From: a virus
Lineage: Duplodnaviria > Caudoviricetes
Strand: one strand, 5' to 3'
DNA length: 26,207 nt
Virus record (IMG/VR): IMGVR_UViG_3300027533_000080
Span: 1-26,207 of that record
Part shown: positions 14,393 through 23,077 of the stretch, in pieces
Position numbering within the stretch: the first letter of the stretch is position 1
How the letters are laid out: every line of letters begins with the position of its first letter
Notes under the pieces: model-generated
Database searches by the model: none
Seen by the model: only the letters and a program-made list of their open reading frames with translations
Told to the model about the DNA's origin: nothing
Program-made: the position numbers and the translations under genes

Positions 14393-14833
14393 CTACCGCC
14401 AGTTGCCGAACTGCGGCCTTTGCCCCCGCCAGTCGCGCATGTCGCCGCGCCAGTCCTGACGCGCATCGCGGAAGGCGCCGGGATCCATGCTCCCCCGCAT
14501 GGCTTGGAAATCGGGCCGATCGGGGCGCAGGCCACGCCAGTCCTGCATCTGCTGGCGCCAGTCCTGAAACTGCTGTGGAATACCCTGTGGACCGATCGTT
14601 AACGGCGCAGGCTGACCGAAGGCACCGAGCGCGCTTGGCTGCTGCAGTGCCGGGTCAACCGGCGCCGGAGGCGTCCCGGGCGGCATCGGGGGCTGCATCC
14701 CGGGCGCCCCACCCATCATACCACGGAGCTTGCCGAAGCCCTGCCAGCCGCCACCGCCGAAATTGCCTGCCAAGCCCGCCAGCGCATTGTTGTTGGCGTA
14801 GCTGGTCATCGGCATCTGGCCTTGGTCGAACAT
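14393..14833 (-). CDS. Low-complexity G/P/Q/M-rich protein with DWR repeats (146 aa)
   Basis: GGAGG RBS, ends 3 nt before the polyvalent gene start. Confidence 0.7.
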   Translation of the reverse strand: MFDQGQMPMTSYANNNALAGLAGNFGGGGWQGFGKLRGMMGGAPGMQPPMPPGTPPAPVDPALQQPSALGAFGQPAPLTIGPQGIPQQFQDWRQQMQDWRGLRPDRPDFQAMRGSMDPGAFRDARQDWRGDMRDWRGQRPQFGNWR

Positions 14834-14855
14834 TGCCTACCTCCAGCCGCGAGTT

Positions 14856-14879
14856 GGCCCCGCCCCGAAAGGCAGGGCC
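14856..14879 (-). other. UUCG-capped hairpin just downstream of the major capsid gene (weak terminator or stabiliser)
   Basis: Minus-strand GGCCCTGCCT-TTCG-GGGCGGGGCC (two G-U pairs); no U-tract. Confidence 0.6.
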
Positions 14880-14890
14880 GCCCCCGCGTG

Positions 14891-15793
14891 TTAGACGCCA
14901 GTGTTGCCGTACACCGACCGCCAGTCGCCCCAGCCCGCCGAATAGCGTTCCGTGGCCTTGTGCTTGCGGTTCTCGGTATCGAAATCCTCGTCCTTTTCGA
15001 GGTCGAGGGCGCGGCGCTGATAGCTGATCAGGCCGTCCGGCACGTTGGTCTGGAGGAACCAAGCATCGAGGTCGTCAATGTAATGGTTGATGACGATCTC
15101 AGGCACTAGCCCGAGGGTTTTGATCGCATTGACGTCGTTGTTTGGCGTGTTGACCCGAAGCTCGCTCTCGAGGATCCGGGTGGCTTGGAAGATGTTCGCC
15201 GGGCCAGTGATCAGGCGGACCGCCTTCAGGGCGACCGGCATACCGGCGCTGTTCTTCGCCGTGTTGATCACCGTCAGGGCATCCTCGAGGGCCGCTTCCG
15301 AGATGTCAGCCGGGGTCAGCAGATTGCTCTGCAGGCCGTTGACGGTCGGGTGGCTGGCGCTGAAGAGGGTGACGCCGTCACCTCCGACATAGCCCGCCGT
15401 GAACCCGCGGTTGAGGATGTTGGCGTGGACGATCTCCTTGGTGGTCGACATCGACCACGGCAGCATGCGGGCGTTGCTCTCCGCAACCTCCTGATACTGG
15501 CCATCTTCCTCCGCCTCGCGGGTGATGATGTAGCCCAGACCATAGGTCACATGCGTGAAGATGGTCGCCGGGCCTTGCCCGGGTGCATCGTAGATGATCG
15601 ATCCGCCCTCGGGCTTGACCGCCGCGAGGCCCATGCCGGTAACTTCCAGCACCTTCTCATAGGCCTTTTTGGATTTGCGGACGTCGAAGATCCGAGAATA
15701 TTCGCGATCCAGCTTCTCGTAGGTATTGCCGAAGATCGCTTGGATGCCGGGCCATAGAAGGTCGGGCATCGATGAACGGGTTACGGTTCCCAT
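14891..15793 (-). CDS. Major capsid protein
   Basis: 300 aa. LWPGI.AIFG..Y, S.KAYE, G.G.A.VKPEG..I.YD, GGDG..LFSASHP, D.DAWF..T, DFDT.N...KA.ERYS.GW.DWR..YG: the MCP type usually annotated Mu gpT-like. Follows scaffold and cement genes. Confidence 0.9.
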   Translation of the reverse strand: MGTVTRSSMPDLLWPGIQAIFGNTYEKLDREYSRIFDVRKSKKAYEKVLEVTGMGLAAVKPEGGSIIYDAPGQGPATIFTHVTYGLGYIITREAEEDGQYQEVAESNARMLPWSMSTTKEIVHANILNRGFTAGYVGGDGVTLFSASHPTVNGLQSNLLTPADISEAALEDALTVINTAKNSAGMPVALKAVRLITGPANIFQATRILESELRVNTPNNDVNAIKTLGLVPEIVINHYIDDLDAWFLQTNVPDGLISYQRRALDLEKDEDFDTENRKHKATERYSAGWGDWRSVYGNTGV

Positions 15794-15806
15794 GTCTCAG
15801 CCCTTT

Positions 15807-16370
15807 CTAGTAACCGAGCGAAGCGTGAGCTTCGGTCGAGAAGTTGATCTTCACCAGCACCTTGTCGTACTGCCCGATCTCGTTGCCGACCCGGGGCACG
15901 AGGCCCATGATCTTCAACGGATGGGTGGCGGTGGCGGCCTTGACGCCGAGCGTGAAGCCCGACCGCTTGGTATAGGCATTGCCCGTACCAACGACCATCA
16001 GGGCGTTCATCCCGACATCGGCAGCGACCGTTCCGCCCGCCACGCTGTCCTGAATTTCATAGACCGCTTCAGGGTCTGTGGCGCACAGGACGTAGGCAGC
16101 GGTGTTGGCGGCGCGATAGCCGACCATGTTCGTGGTGCCGTCGGGGACGAACCCCTGCACGACACCCGTGATCGGACCGGCGGCGACAGCGCGAATGACG
16201 GCGGCGGTCCCAGCGGCGTCGGCCTCGCCCGTCTTGGCGACAGGATCGCCAATGTACAGGGCAGTGCCGTCAGTGGCCGGGACGTAAAACATCTCCAGCC
16301 CACCGTTGTGTGGTCCGCTCGCCGCATCCCGCAAAGGCCGTAGCCCGAACGGAGTGTTTTGATTGGGCAT
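15807..16370 (-). CDS. Putative capsid cement/decoration protein
   Basis: 187 aa; MPN.NTPFGLRP...A.YIGDPV...GV..G...DP..VYEIQ; immediately upstream of the MCP. Confidence 0.7.
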   Translation of the reverse strand: MPNQNTPFGLRPLRDAASGPHNGGLEMFYVPATDGTALYIGDPVAKTGEADAAGTAAVIRAVAAGPITGVVQGFVPDGTTNMVGYRAANTAAYVLCATDPEAVYEIQDSVAGGTVAADVGMNALMVVGTGNAYTKRSGFTLGVKAATATHPLKIMGLVPRVGNEIGQYDKVLVKINFSTEAHASLGY

Positions 16371-16382
16371 AAGGTAGCTTCC

Positions 16383-16865
16383 TTACTCGAGGATCTGGTT
16401 CCCCCGCCCGATCGATGTGGCCTTGTCGACGTACATTTCAGCGCCAGCTTGACCTTGGATCGGGGCGAGGATCTCGCCTTCCGCGGTCTTGACGAGGGTC
16501 TTTCCCTTGACCATCCCCTGCTCGATCTTCCGACGGCGATCCTCCTTGGCCTTGCGGTCCTCTTGGATGAACTCATTCGGTTTCGACAGGAGGTGAGCCT
16601 TCAGCGGCGTCCCATCTTGCTTGGTGCCGACTATCACGGGATCTACCCCGGCAACCTTGTCCCAGTCGTCCAGCTTGGTCAGCTGGTGCATGCGGTTGCC
16701 TTCGTCATTGACCCATCGCGGGGAGCGGCCTTCTGCGGCCAGCTTCTCTGCGATTTTTTCGGGGATCCCCAGCTTCAGGGGTACTCCGAATGCCGTGTCG
16801 TCACGGCGGCGGCGGCGCTGTGCCACCTCTTCCTTGCGCCCTTGGCGCTGAGTTTCCTCGGTCAT
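16383..16865 (-). CDS. Conserved head-module hypothetical protein
   Basis: 160 aa; RWVND.G.R.....W..V....VG....G.P..A.L..KP.E...ED; lies between scaffold and cement. Confidence 0.7.
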   Translation of the reverse strand: MTEETQRQGRKEEVAQRRRRRDDTAFGVPLKLGIPEKIAEKLAAEGRSPRWVNDEGNRMHQLTKLDDWDKVAGVDPVIVGTKQDGTPLKAHLLSKPNEFIQEDRKAKEDRRRKIEQGMVKGKTLVKTAEGEILAPIQGQAGAEMYVDKATSIGRGNQILE

Positions 16866-16868
16866 CGC

Positions 16869-17720
16869 TTATGCTCCTGCCTTCACGTTTTGCCAATACT
16901 GCTTGGCGTAGGCCTCGACGTTGGGGATCACCCCGCGCTCGGCCATGTCCTTGGCGACCTTCTTGGCCTCCTGCGGCAGGTCGGCATAGGTCGACCCCAG
17001 CTTGCTGCCGGATCCCGATCGACCGCCCGGCTGGGCGACCCCCGGCGGATCCTTCGTGGTGGCGGCGAACAGGTGCGGGTAGATCTTGCGAACCTCACGC
17101 TCGGCGGCCTGCAGCTGCGCCTCGACGCCATGGTTTGCGTTGGCGTAGCGTTCAGCCACGGCCAGCGCCAGATCCCGCGCCAGCGGATCCGCGTTGAACC
17201 ACGGATTGCGCTGCACCCAGCTGACCGCCTCGGGCGGCGGCTCGGCGACCTGCTGCTGGGGGGCGAGCAGCTGCTGGGCCCGACCATTGAGCTGGTCGAT
17301 CGCCCGGCCAACGGTGAAGCTCTCCTGCGCGTTGCCGTCCTCGACCGCCTTGTTGTACCTGCCGACCAGCTTCTCGCGCTCTTCGGCTAGCGTCTGCTGC
17401 AGGATGGCGGCCTGCGTGCGGGTCATGTTGTCGACCGTGCCCCGCAGCTCCTTCAGGTCGCGGCTGAGGCCTCGCTGGATCTCGGCCCCGGCCTTGATGT
17501 ACTCGCTCGCCGGTTTCCACAGGTTGGGATCGCCCTTGAACTGATCCTTGGGGCGCCAGCCCATGCCGCGGGCAAGCTCGTCGACCGGATCCGGCGGAGG
17601 CGGCTCGTCGTCGTCGGTATCGGTCGGTGTCTCGGTCTCGGTCTGGGTCTCGGGTGCGGGGGTCTTCTGCTCTTCTGTTTCAGGGGCACCCTCGGTGACC
17701 TGCTCTGGTTGCGTTGCCAC
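16869..17720 (-). CDS. Capsid scaffolding protein
   Basis: 283 aa. Acidic disordered N-terminus, A..MGW.PK..F.GDP..W..A.EY, coiled coil, W...NPWF, C-terminal Y.DLP.EAK helix. AAGGAG RBS. Confidence 0.8.
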   Translation of the reverse strand: MATQPEQVTEGAPETEEQKTPAPETQTETETPTDTDDDEPPPPDPVDELARGMGWRPKDQFKGDPNLWKPASEYIKAGAEIQRGLSRDLKELRGTVDNMTRTQAAILQQTLAEEREKLVGRYNKAVEDGNAQESFTVGRAIDQLNGRAQQLLAPQQQVAEPPPEAVSWVQRNPWFNADPLARDLALAVAERYANANHGVEAQLQAAEREVRKIYPHLFAATTKDPPGVAQPGGRSGSGSKLGSTYADLPQEAKKVAKDMAERGVIPNVEAYAKQYWQNVKAGA

Positions 17721-17767
17721 TGTGGCTCACTCCTTGTTGCCCTGCTGCGCGGGCCGCGCTTATCCCT

Positions 17768-17887
17768 CTACGGGATCAGAAACCAGTTCGCCGCCAGCGC
17801 CGCTACGACGATGAAGGCGCAAATGATCACGGCGAACAGGACCGCCCTCGCGGCGATCGTCAGGCCAATGCCGGGGAGCCTGCTCAT
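17768..17887 (-). CDS. 39-aa single-pass membrane peptide, absent from the ORF track
   Basis: ATGA overlap with the 257-aa gene; MSRLPGIGLTIAARAVLFAVIICAFIVVAALAANWFLIP*. Confidence 0.6.
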   Translation of the reverse strand: MSRLPGIGLTIAARAVLFAVIICAFIVVAALAANWFLIP

Positions 17888-18657
17888 GGCGCGCTCAATT
17901 CGATCGCAAGGGCCCCAAAGCTGGCACCGCCGGGCGCGCTGCCCCATGTGATAGTTGCGGACGTTTCGCCGCTGTCGCGGGACATGATTTCAATCCCGGC
18001 GCCGGGAACGGAATAGCTGGTTTCGGCCAATTCGGTATAACCGGCCCGTTGCGTGACCAGCGTTGCGCTGGGGGAAAAGACGGCGCCGATGATCGGGTTT
18101 TTCGACAATGGAACGCCGCCCAAGACCGGGGCCGGGGTGCCCGACGTTATGTTGTGCTGGTTGGCCGCTGCGCGCTTGGCCGCCGCGCCGGTTGCCGACA
18201 AGCCGACAACTTTCAGGGCGAATAACCCGCCGCCTGTGCTGCCCGACTGGCCCGAGGTAATGACATGGGGCGTGGCGCTGGTCACAAGGCTGTTGCGGAT
18301 CCAGCAAGTCATGGCATCGGCCCCGGCCCCCTTGAGGCACGATACGCCGATTGTGTAGGTTCCGCCTTGGTCGTCGCTGCATAACGGGTTGTTGTTGCCG
18401 GTCGCCGCCGCAATGACAATAATCAGGTCGCCAACTGCCGGGGTAATGGTGACGGCCTTATCGCCCGCGGTTGTGTTGAAAATTGAGCCGGAAGCATAAA
18501 GCGTCACGGCTGGCGTCGGCAGGGCATCGGGGTAGAACTTGCGCCACACCCCGGCGACCCTGACCCAGCCGCTTGCCACTGGCTTCCACACCCCGGCGAC
18601 CTTGACCGAGGGCGTGGCGGCCTTCCAGACGCCGCCGACCCTGACGTTCATGCTCAT
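17884..18657 (-). CDS. Tail-fibre-associated / receptor-binding protein
   Basis: 257 aa. Three V(R/K)V(G/A)GVW(K/R) repeats, then a beta-rich domain (GDLIIV). ATGA coupling to the tail fibre. Confidence 0.7.
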   Translation of the reverse strand: MSMNVRVGGVWKAATPSVKVAGVWKPVASGWVRVAGVWRKFYPDALPTPAVTLYASGSIFNTTAGDKAVTITPAVGDLIIVIAAATGNNNPLCSDDQGGTYTIGVSCLKGAGADAMTCWIRNSLVTSATPHVITSGQSGSTGGGLFALKVVGLSATGAAAKRAAANQHNITSGTPAPVLGGVPLSKNPIIGAVFSPSATLVTQRAGYTELAETSYSVPGAGIEIMSRDSGETSATITWGSAPGGASFGALAIELSAP

Positions 18658-21600
18658 GTGTAGACCAGCCAGATGTCGCCATCGGCGCCTCCGCTCGGGG
18701 CCGAGACCGAGGCGGTGATTGGCAGCTGTGCCGCGGGCACCTTGGTGCTGGCGTCGAGGCTGGCAACGCCGCTGGCCGCCGCCTTCTGGCTGGTCGGGAT
18801 ATAGTTGGCAAGGGAACTGGCAAGCGCGACTGCGCTGCCGCCCTGCGAAAGCGTGCCGCCTACGTTGAGCGTGCCTGAGACAACCGCGTTACCAGTGACA
18901 TCGAGCGCGGCCCCGCCCGCCGGGGCTGCAACAGTGGTATTGCCAATCGAGATGCCCTGCCGGAAATAGCCGAAGCCATTGGTGACGCCGAACATGGCAA
19001 CTTCGTCACTGTGCGGATTGGCCCCCTGCGGGATGCGATAGGCCCACAGGCCATTGAGGATGTCCCCCACATTCGAGCGCCCGTCCAGCTTGAAAAACCA
19101 GCCGTTCTTTGCCGTGTCATCGAGATTGAGGGTTGCCCCCAGATCGGCATTGAGCAGGAAGCCTCCCCATGCCGATACGCCACTCAAGGTCTTGAGCCTG
19201 ACCTTCACCGTCGAGGCCGGGGTATCCATGACGAAACCGTAGGTGGCATCGAACAGGAGATTGCCGCTCATCCGGTCGCCAGCCTTGTTGACCGGCGTAT
19301 AGGTCAGCGCGCCCGTGACATCGGCACTGGTGAGTGTGACCGCGCCAGAGCGGGTATTGAAGGTCGTAACCCCGCCGCCGCCCAAGGTCTGGATCTTGTC
19401 GTAGATCGCGTTCTTGGTGGCGGCCTCGAGCTTGCCGTCCCATGAGGCGCCATAGGCCTCGTCCGGGATCGTCACCGCGCCGACGAAATTGCCGGTGCCG
19501 TTGACGTTGAGCAGCGGGGTGCCATAGGCCGTGGCCGAGGGGTAGCCGATGTTGACCTTGCCAACGAAGCTGCTGCCGCCCGCGCCCAGCCTGATCGGAG
19601 GCGTGCCAGCCGCCGCGTCGAACTGGAACTCGAAGGCATTGGCGGCGGCGATCTGCGAGGCCCGCCGCTCGTAGCGCATGGTCGATTGGCCGCTCGCTGA
19701 CTTGAACGAGAAATCAACCAGATCGACACCCGCGAGGATCGAGGCATCAGTCTCGAACAGCGCGCCGTGCATGCCGACGATCGAGCCGATCGTCAGCTTG
19801 ACCTTGCCGTAGGAGCCGCCCGTGCTTTCGAAGCTGTTGGTGCCAGCGATGGTCTTGTCGACCTTGAGCGCGCCCATGTTGGTGACGTCGGAGCTGTTGG
19901 CCTTGCCGACCAGTGCCGTGTTCAGCACCTCCATCTGGTCATAGACGGCGTTCTTGGACGGCGCGATCGTGGTGACGCCGTTCCAGCTGAGGCCATAGGC
20001 CGTGTCGCTGACGGCGCCGCCGCCGCCCAGCGTCTCGATCTTGTCCCAGAGCGCGTTCTTGGTTGGTACCTGCAGGGAGCCATCCCATGATGCGCCATAG
20101 GCTTCATCGGGCACGGTAATGGGAATTTGGGATGCAACGACAGTGCTGATGTTCAGCTTCGACACGCCGCCGATCTGGAAGGTATGCGTGCCGGTCGTGT
20201 CGAAGATCAGGCCGCCGTAGGGCTGGATGCTCGACGACCACGCGGCCCCGTTGATGAAGATGCCGCCGTAGTAGCTGCTCGCATCGCCTTGCAGGGTGAG
20301 GGTCGGGTTGGTGGTGGCAAGCGCCAGATTGCCACTCAACGACCCGCCGGTAAGGGGCAGGTAGTTGGCCAGCGCCGATGTGCTGGCCTTGCCTGCCAGC
20401 GCGTCAAACACCGCGTTCTTGGTCGGGACAGCGGCGCTGCCATCCCAGCCTGCGCCATAGGGATCATCGGCAACGGTCAGCACTGTGCCCGCCGCCATGC
20501 CGATACCGCTCGGGGTGACGGTGGCGATGACGGCGTTGTTGGCGCGCAGTTCGACGGTCGAATTTCCGTTAACCTGCAGGCCGGAGCCAAGGTAGCTGGT
20601 GATGCTGCCGACAAGATAGTCGCTGCCGGAATAAGTGGTGCGCCAATGAAGGCTGCTGACGAAGCCATCGGCCCAGATGTTGACGGCGGGATTGGGCGTG
20701 CGAACGGTCAGGTCGCCGGTCAGCGTGCCGCCAACTAAGGGCAGGTAGGCCCCTCCCCCAAGGGCGAGGCTTTCGATCTTGTCGTAAACGGCATTTTTCG
20801 ACGGGGCGACGAGGGTGATGCCGTCCCATGATGGGCCGTAGGCGGTGTCGTCGACCGTGCCCGCGCCGCCCGTGCGGACAAAGACAAAAAAGGCGCCCGC
20901 CGTGAAGTTGCCGCCGTTCGATGGAGCGAGGCGGATGGCATTGAGTGGCTTGGTATTGTCGGCGACGAAGACGCGCTGCGGGTTGCTGCTCGGTTGCCAG
21001 CACAGGCGCGGCCCGCCGACAGCATTGCAGGCATAGATGATGGCGGCGCCCGATCGGCCCGACGTGGCGTTGGTTCCGGCCAGCGAGAAGCCGGTCGTGC
21101 TGATGGACGCGCCAGCGCCGTCGTAAGCCTTATAGTCCCCGTTTGTGGTGTAATAGCTGGCGCCGTTGTTGGTGCTGACGAAGAGGGACGGGACGCCGGA
21201 GGTGGCGCAGACCACGGCCTCCGAGATCACCAGTATGTCGCTGACCCCGGCCAGCCCGGTGAAGGTCACCTCGGGGACGTTGGTCGACCAAGCCCAGCTG
21301 GCCTGCAGCTTCCAGCCGCCGCCGAGGCTTCCGCCGCCGCTGGCGGCAGCAATCAGCGCATCGACCTCGGCCTCGGTGTAGTAGCGGGTGTCATGGGTGT
21401 GGCCGGTGTCTGACTTGCCGTTGAGAGCGGCCTGAAGATCGGTCTGGGCGCTCAAGGTGCCGGTGATGTTGCCCCATACCGCGCTGGTCGCGGTGCCCGG
21501 CGGGACCGCCCAAGCCCCATCGGCGCGCAGGAAGTTGGTGATGCCGAGGCCGGATGGCGGGACGAGGCCGCGCACGCTGGTCGTGAAGATGGCATCGGCG

Positions 21601-22322
21601 GCCTTGGCATTGAGGGCAGTCTGCAGGTCGATCTGGTTCGACAGGACGCCCGTGATCGTGCCCCACACGCCGCCTGTGCTGCTCGAGATCTCGGTGTAGG
21701 CCGAGCCGGTCCAGCGGTAGGTCTTGCCGGTGTCGAGGGCGACGTAGATCTTGCCGGTCTCGCCGGTCGCCGGGAAGGCGGCGAGGTTGGCATATTCGAG
21801 GACGTCGTCGACGTAGCTGGGCAGGTAGATCGCGCTGATCTTGATCGTGCCGTCGAGCGGAACGACGCCATTGGCCGCGCCCTTCTGGGTCAGCGGGATA
21901 TAGTTGGCGAGGTCGGTCGTGTTGGCCTTGGTGGCGAGGCCCGCGGCCAGCTCGGCATCGGTCGCATAGGCGTCGAGCGCGGCGACATTGGCCTTGCTGT
22001 CGAGGGCGGCCTGCAACCCGTTGACGTCGCTGATCGCGTGGTGGTGCCCGACGAGGCTGTAGTTCGCCAGCGCCGAGGTCAGCTCGGCATCGGTGACATA
22101 TCCGCCCAGCTCGGCGTGGATCCCGTCGATCGCAGCGGCCAGCTCCGTGTCCATGGTGAAGCTGGCGAGCGGGTACTCGGCGCCAACCCCGAGGGCATCG
22201 GTCCCGACGATGACCTGCGGGCTGGCGGTCAGCCGGTGCCCGAGGTTCCAGTTGTTGACCGAGATCTGGCGTGCCGGATTGTCAGGCCCGGTGGCTTGGA
22301 CGATAGGCCGGATCTCTATCAC
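18654..22322 (-). CDS. Long modular tail fibre protein
   Basis: 1222 aa, G/A/T/S-rich. H.H.ISDV.GLQAALD.K, LPSYVDDVLEY...FP.TGE.GKIYV, YLPL.GGTLTG, GVTTFN.RSGAVTL, and C-terminal APSGGADGDIW fibre motifs. Confidence 0.85.
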   Translation of the reverse strand: MIEIRPIVQATGPDNPARQISVNNWNLGHRLTASPQVIVGTDALGVGAEYPLASFTMDTELAAAIDGIHAELGGYVTDAELTSALANYSLVGHHHAISDVNGLQAALDSKANVAALDAYATDAELAAGLATKANTTDLANYIPLTQKGAANGVVPLDGTIKISAIYLPSYVDDVLEYANLAAFPATGETGKIYVALDTGKTYRWTGSAYTEISSSTGGVWGTITGVLSNQIDLQTALNAKAADAIFTTSVRGLVPPSGLGITNFLRADGAWAVPPGTATSAVWGNITGTLSAQTDLQAALNGKSDTGHTHDTRYYTEAEVDALIAAASGGGSLGGGWKLQASWAWSTNVPEVTFTGLAGVSDILVISEAVVCATSGVPSLFVSTNNGASYYTTNGDYKAYDGAGASISTTGFSLAGTNATSGRSGAAIIYACNAVGGPRLCWQPSSNPQRVFVADNTKPLNAIRLAPSNGGNFTAGAFFVFVRTGGAGTVDDTAYGPSWDGITLVAPSKNAVYDKIESLALGGGAYLPLVGGTLTGDLTVRTPNPAVNIWADGFVSSLHWRTTYSGSDYLVGSITSYLGSGLQVNGNSTVELRANNAVIATVTPSGIGMAAGTVLTVADDPYGAGWDGSAAVPTKNAVFDALAGKASTSALANYLPLTGGSLSGNLALATTNPTLTLQGDASSYYGGIFINGAAWSSSIQPYGGLIFDTTGTHTFQIGGVSKLNISTVVASQIPITVPDEAYGASWDGSLQVPTKNALWDKIETLGGGGAVSDTAYGLSWNGVTTIAPSKNAVYDQMEVLNTALVGKANSSDVTNMGALKVDKTIAGTNSFESTGGSYGKVKLTIGSIVGMHGALFETDASILAGVDLVDFSFKSASGQSTMRYERRASQIAAANAFEFQFDAAAGTPPIRLGAGGSSFVGKVNIGYPSATAYGTPLLNVNGTGNFVGAVTIPDEAYGASWDGKLEAATKNAIYDKIQTLGGGGVTTFNTRSGAVTLTSADVTGALTYTPVNKAGDRMSGNLLFDATYGFVMDTPASTVKVRLKTLSGVSAWGGFLLNADLGATLNLDDTAKNGWFFKLDGRSNVGDILNGLWAYRIPQGANPHSDEVAMFGVTNGFGYFRQGISIGNTTVAAPAGGAALDVTGNAVVSGTLNVGGTLSQGGSAVALASSLANYIPTSQKAAASGVASLDASTKVPAAQLPITASVSAPSGGADGDIWLVYT

Positions 22323-22333
22323 TGGTCAGTCTC

Positions 22334-22744
22334 CTATGCGCCCGCTTTGGCGACCTCTTCATCCTTGGCTGCGAGCATGACGCGATCGCCCCAGTGGATC
22401 TCGGTCACCGGATCCGGCACCGAGGCCTGCGTCTCGACCACGGCGATGACGTCCTTGTCCTTGAGGATCCGCCACAGCACGCCTTCCTTCTCCCGCGTGA
22501 TGCCGGTGTAGCGACCGATCAGCACGCGATCGCCGATCTGGGGCTTGCGAGATCCCTCCGGCCAGTCGTCATAGCTGAAGGCGAGCGGCGAGATCGCCAC
22601 TAGTATGCCCTCGTCGGCCTGCAGCCGCTCCTTGTCGGCCACGCTCGGCGGCAGCAGGATCGAGCCGATGCGATCGGGCGGCGCGTCAACCTCCACCACC
22701 ACGTTGAATTCCATCGGTATCAGGTCGCATTGAGGTTTCGGCAT
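22334..22744 (-). CDS. groES: GroES/Cpn10-like co-chaperonin
   Basis: LIP....VVV......GSILLP..V..KE.....G.LVA......GDRVL..RY.G......G...RILKDKDVIAVV matches the Cpn10 pattern. Confidence 0.8.
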   Translation of the reverse strand: MPKPQCDLIPMEFNVVVEVDAPPDRIGSILLPPSVADKERLQADEGILVAISPLAFSYDDWPEGSRKPQIGDRVLIGRYTGITREKEGVLWRILKDKDVIAVVETQASVPDPVTEIHWGDRVMLAAKDEEVAKAGA

Positions 22745-22988
22745 GTACGATCTCCGGCTTCACGGTGGCGGCGAAATCATCGAGGACGCACTCGCTCATC
22801 GAGCGGTAGGCGTCGGCCCGCGTGCGTAGCTCTATCAGCATCAGGGGGTTGGCGTCACCCGCTTCCCAGCTGCCGTCGATCCAAGCCGCCTTCTGCTCTT
22901 CTGCCATGCGGCGGTAGGCCTCCATCACGAACTGGGTGATCGGGTGGTCGCTCCACGCCTCGAATTCCTCGTCACTTGGCAGGTTCAT
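22686..22988 (-). CDS. Small head-module protein downstream of portal (100 aa)
   Basis: GGGGAG RBS; MNLPSDEEFEAWSDHPITQFVM..., an EF..W..HP.T motif common after portals of this type. Confidence 0.7.
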   Translation of the reverse strand: MNLPSDEEFEAWSDHPITQFVMEAYRRMAEEQKAAWIDGSWEAGDANPLMLIELRTRADAYRSMSECVLDDFAATVKPEIVHAETSMRPDTDGIQRGGGG

Positions 22989-23077
22989 CTCGCTCCCCCC
23001 GAAACATGGCAATCAGTCGATCGGTGTCAGCTGCGATTGACGCCGCGATCATCTCCCCCAGAGGGTCGCGGATGGGC

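Noticed and set aside
18654-22322. Diversity-generating retroelement or invertase-driven fibre switching
   Set aside because: No reverse transcriptase, recombinase, adenine-variant TR/VR pair or inverted fibre cassettes seen in this window.
22972-23052. 26-aa ORF MIAASIAADTDRLIAMFRGERDEPAK between portal and the next gene
   Set aside because: The GGGGAG abuts the ATG with no spacing, and the ORF is too short to support without expression data.
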